NCBI GenBank assembly: GCA_000004985.1
Contig: GG739352.1
DNA from: Naegleria gruberi
Lineage: Eukaryota
Direction: 5' to 3' (one strand)
Length of the DNA stretch: 1,672 nucleotides
Under the pieces are notes generated by a model. That model made no database searches. It was not told where the DNA came from and was given only the letters and a program-made list of their open reading frames with translations. This document shows, in pieces, positions 1 through 1,672 of the stretch. Within the stretch, counting starts at the first letter, position 1, and each line of letters starts with the position of its first letter. The translations under genes were made by a program, and so were the position numbers.

Positions 1-11
1 CAAGTTCTCGC

Positions 12-17
12 AATAAA
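12..17 (+). other. AATAAA hexamer, a candidate poly(A) signal, repeated at 1581-1586. It is the only canonical hexamer downstream of the stop codon within the unit.
   Basis: No AATAAA lies between the stop (1404) and the TATA element. The nearest one downstream is at 1581-1586, 177 nt past the stop and beyond the putative promoter. AATAAA is frequent by chance in sequence that is 63% AT. Confidence 0.12.
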
Positions 18-29
18 TCACGGGAAGAT

Positions 30-49
30 AAAAAAAATACGAATCATGG
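30..49 (+). promoter_or_regulatory. A-rich, probably unstructured translation leader (A8 at 30-37) followed by the Kozak-type start context aatcATGg.
   Basis: The sequence is gataaaaaaaatacgaatcATGg, with A at -3 and G at +4 and no GGAGG-like Shine-Dalgarno within 20 nt upstream. This context and spacing are typical of efficient eukaryotic-type initiation. Confidence 0.3.
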
Positions 50-1404
50 TGGATGCAACATTGTCCAAGAAGATACTGCAATCGTTGCACCTTTCTGTGA
101 GACTTGTGAGCCCCTTCCACAACTTGAAAAATAGAAAATTCCAAGTTTTTATTAGTACCCCTTCTGGAATTGATGATAGTAGTATTCAGTTGTTGCATTC
201 GGTTGCTTGCTTGTGTGAACCAAGTAGTGTTATAAGTACGAGAAATAGCAGTCTTGGTGGCAGTGGAAATTTGAGTGATATGTACATTGATCCATTGACA
301 AGAATGGTTACATTTCAAAGTACAATTTCACCGAAAGAAGTGACACAATCTGATGATGGTAAATCACTTTTTATTAAAGTGGGAAATTATGGAAAGAATC
401 CAGGAAGAACACAATTCAAATTCTTGGCTCTCATATTTGAAATCCAGTATCAGAATCAATACTATCAAGCTTACATCACCATTAAAACTCAAAGAGGAAG
501 TGGTGTTGAGCAAAGAGGTTGTACAACCAAAGAATCCTGTTTCATTTCAGATGCTGTTCAAAATGAGGAGGATGAATTCATTCAGGCTTTTTTAAGGTTT
601 AACTCTTTAGGCTCTTCTTTAAGTAATTGTTCAAGTCCAACCAACAGGAGGAGAACACCAAACAGCAAGCCAAACTTTGGAAGTGTCTTTGCAGAGCAAA
701 AATTTGTAAATTTCATGGAAGGCACAACAGATTCTCTTGACAGACTTACTCCTGATATTATTGCTGTTGGACAATCTGACAACTATGATGATGAAATTGA
801 TTATCAAAATTCACTTACTGATTTTTACAATACCATCACATTCACAAAAATCCATTTTGAAAATGGACCAAAACAGGGTGGACAACCAAATACTCTTTAT
901 TTATCATTCAAAGACAGCTCAAAAACTGGATTGTATGAAATGATAAAACACCATTCAATGCAAAGTATCAGTATGTGGTTTGTACCAAAGCATCACCCAG
1001 AAGTTCAGGTAGGTCTTCCACAAATACTTCACATCAGTGAAATTGGAAATTATGCAGCCCTCCATTTTATAACTTCTCCAGTTCTTACACATTTTGAGGG
1101 TGATTTGGATTCTTGTGTTTTCTTGGTTATTGATAATGAAATAATTGATGGACTAGTTGACTATACATTTGTAGACACTTCCAATACTCAATCAAATAAT
1201 CTTCAATTCATAACTTATTATCATCCAGAAGAGAATCTGCAAAGCAATAGATTCATTCAGTACACTGCCCAACAATCATGTGCTCAAGAATCGATCGAAT
1301 TTGTAAATAATTATATTCCAGAAATTAGCCTTTTGAATAATACATGTAAAACTAGGAATATTGGGAGCAAAAAAGATCGCAAGGCATTTGCTGGTAACAC
1401 TTGA
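46..1404 (+). CDS. Hypothetical 452-aa protein rich in S, N, Q and T, with no recognisable catalytic motifs. It is the only substantial ORF of the 1569-bp unit.
   Basis: The frame runs ATG (46-48) to TGA (1402-1404) without interruption. With about 63% AT, roughly 6.8% of random codons would be stops, so 452 stop-free codons have a chance probability near 1e-14. Start context is aatcATGg, with A at -3 and G at +4, which is Kozak-like. There is no purine-rich Shine-Dalgarno upstream. The translation alternates hydrophobic and polar residues in stretches typical of beta-strands (FKFLALIFEIQY, YQAYITIKTQ, VFLVIDNEIIDGLVDYTFVD). It contains one Trp, encoded TGG, and no internal TGA, so the standard code fits. 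I found no Walker A (GxxxxGK[ST]), no GDD, no HUH or Rep motifs, and no transposase DDE signature by eye. Confidence 0.8.
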   Translation: MVDATLSKKILQSLHLSVRLVSPFHNLKNRKFQVFISTPSGIDDSSIQLLHSVACLCEPSSVISTRNSSLGGSGNLSDMYIDPLTRMVTFQSTISPKEVTQSDDGKSLFIKVGNYGKNPGRTQFKFLALIFEIQYQNQYYQAYITIKTQRGSGVEQRGCTTKESCFISDAVQNEEDEFIQAFLRFNSLGSSLSNCSSPTNRRRTPNSKPNFGSVFAEQKFVNFMEGTTDSLDRLTPDIIAVGQSDNYDDEIDYQNSLTDFYNTITFTKIHFENGPKQGGQPNTLYLSFKDSSKTGLYEMIKHHSMQSISMWFVPKHHPEVQVGLPQILHISEIGNYAALHFITSPVLTHFEGDLDSCVFLVIDNEIIDGLVDYTFVDTSNTQSNNLQFITYYHPEENLQSNRFIQYTAQQSCAQESIEFVNNYIPEISLLNNTCKTRNIGSKKDRKAFAGNT

Positions 1405-1506
1405 AGCAATTTTCTTACAAAACTCTAATGTACAGATATCTGACTCTGTTGATTTGAACACAAGCATCAACTTATGTCTTACTAAGAAGATCTAGAAATT
1501 CTCTAC

Positions 1507-1516
1507 TATATAAAAA
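1507..1516 (+). promoter_or_regulatory. TATA-box-like element (tatataaaaa, core TATAAAA at 1509-1515), 106 nt upstream of the ORF start when read across the repeat junction.
   Basis: The motif matches the eukaryotic TATA consensus TATA(A/T)A(A/T) exactly. It is correctly spaced for a transcription start near 1540 and a leader of about 75 nt, given the ATG at 1615 (equivalent to 46). The motif is A/T-only in an AT-rich spacer, so a chance occurrence is plausible. Confidence 0.3.
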
Positions 1517-1569
1517 AGTAGCCTAGAACAGATTGTTTGTGCCCTTCCTCTTATGCTAACATCAACAGT

Positions 1570-1672
1570 CAAGTTCTCGCAATAAATCACGGGAAGATAA
1601 AAAAAATACGAATCATGGTGGATGCAACATTGTCCAAGAAGATACTGCAATCGTTGCACCTTTCTGTGAGAC
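1570..1672. repeat. Right copy of the exact 103-bp terminal direct repeat, identical to 1..103.
   Basis: Same comparison as above. It contains the leader, the ATG and the first 19 codons of the ORF. Confidence 0.97.
1615..1672 (+). CDS. 5' end of a second copy of the same ORF, cut off by the window edge (MVDATLSKKILQSLHLSVR...). On a circular molecule this is the same gene read again.
   Basis: Positions 1615-1672 are identical to 46-103, because they lie inside the exact 103-bp terminal direct repeat. The ATG is at 1615-1617 and the frame stays open to the end of the window. Confidence 0.5.
   Translation, partial: MVDATLSKKILQSLHLSVR

Larger units (their letters stand above)
1..103. repeat. 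Left copy of the exact 103-bp terminal direct repeat. It is identical to 1570..1672 and marks a 1569-bp circular or tandem unit.
   Basis: I compared the two segments base by base: 1..103 equals 1570..1672 at 103/103 positions. The identity runs to the last base of the window, so the true repeat may be longer. The offset is 1569 bp, which is 3 x 523. Confidence 0.97.

Noticed and set aside
350-356. CTGATGA, the conserved core heptamer of the hammerhead ribozyme
   Set aside because: The flanks do not fit a hammerhead. No stem II hairpin starts immediately after the heptamer, and there is no correctly placed GAAA with stem III and a cleavage triplet. The heptamer sits in coding sequence (S-D-D) and is expected by chance about once per 16 kb per strand.
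582-782. Minus-strand 66-aa ORF
   Set aside because: It is short and lies entirely antisense to the long plus-strand ORF. ORFs of this size are expected by chance on the opposite strand of a coding region, and there is no independent start context or sign of conservation.
353-943. Plus-strand alternative-frame ORFs, 353..595 (80 aa) and 737..943 (68 aa)
   Set aside because: They are embedded in frame +2 inside the 452-aa ORF. The lengths are typical of chance overlapping ORFs, and the encoded sequences are low-complexity K/L/I-rich artefacts of AT-rich codons.
1006-1014. Strong 5' splice-donor-like motif CAG|GTAGGT, plus GTATGT at 971-976
   Set aside because: The 452-aa frame reads straight through both sites. 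No intron is needed to keep the ORF open, and no convincing branchpoint/acceptor pair follows them. They are probably coincidental.
1276-1470. Minus-strand 64-aa ORF overlapping the 3' end of the main ORF and the spacer
   Set aside because: It is also short and antisense and has no supporting signals. Homology or strand-specific expression data would be needed before giving it weight.
1503-1521. Stem-loop with a 9-nt loop, examined as a possible CRESS-DNA or nanovirus origin nonanucleotide
   Set aside because: The loop atataaaaa does not match NANTATTAC or TAGTATTAC. The stem is only 5 bp and A/T-rich, and the encoded protein has no Rep or HUH motifs. It is better explained as a TATA element.
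1-1672. Global rod-like, viroid- or obelisk-style self-complementarity
   Set aside because: I checked several 8-mer complementary pairs by hand. 493-500 pairs with 1544-1551, and 1446-1453 pairs with 1561-1568. Their position sums differ, so they do not lie on a common pairing axis, and the number of such pairs is what chance predicts for 1.6 kb. Circular folding software is needed to settle the question.

Overview
This AT-rich window (about 36-38% GC) is one 1569-bp sequence unit plus the first 103 bp of the next copy. Positions 1..103 are identical, base for base, to 1570..1672, right up to the window edge. The sequence is therefore either a 1569-bp circular molecule written out with terminal redundancy or part of a head-to-tail tandem or rolling-circle array. 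The unit is 87% coding. A single plus-strand ORF (46..1404, 452 aa) is far too long to be chance at this base composition, and nothing else codes convincingly on either strand. The protein is rich in Ser, Asn, Gln and Thr, has one Trp, and carries no catalytic motif I can recognise. The expression signals look eukaryotic rather than bacterial. The start codon has A at -3 and G at +4, the leader is A-rich, there is no Shine-Dalgarno, and a TATAAAA element sits 106 nt upstream of the start when read across the repeat junction. I could not identify an RNA gene, CRISPR array, transposase or integrase. My best reading is a minimal single-gene circular or tandem replicon, or a satellite-like agent, that must rely on host or helper functions for replication. 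Whether it is DNA or RNA, and whether the RNA would be rod-like, cannot be settled from sequence alone.
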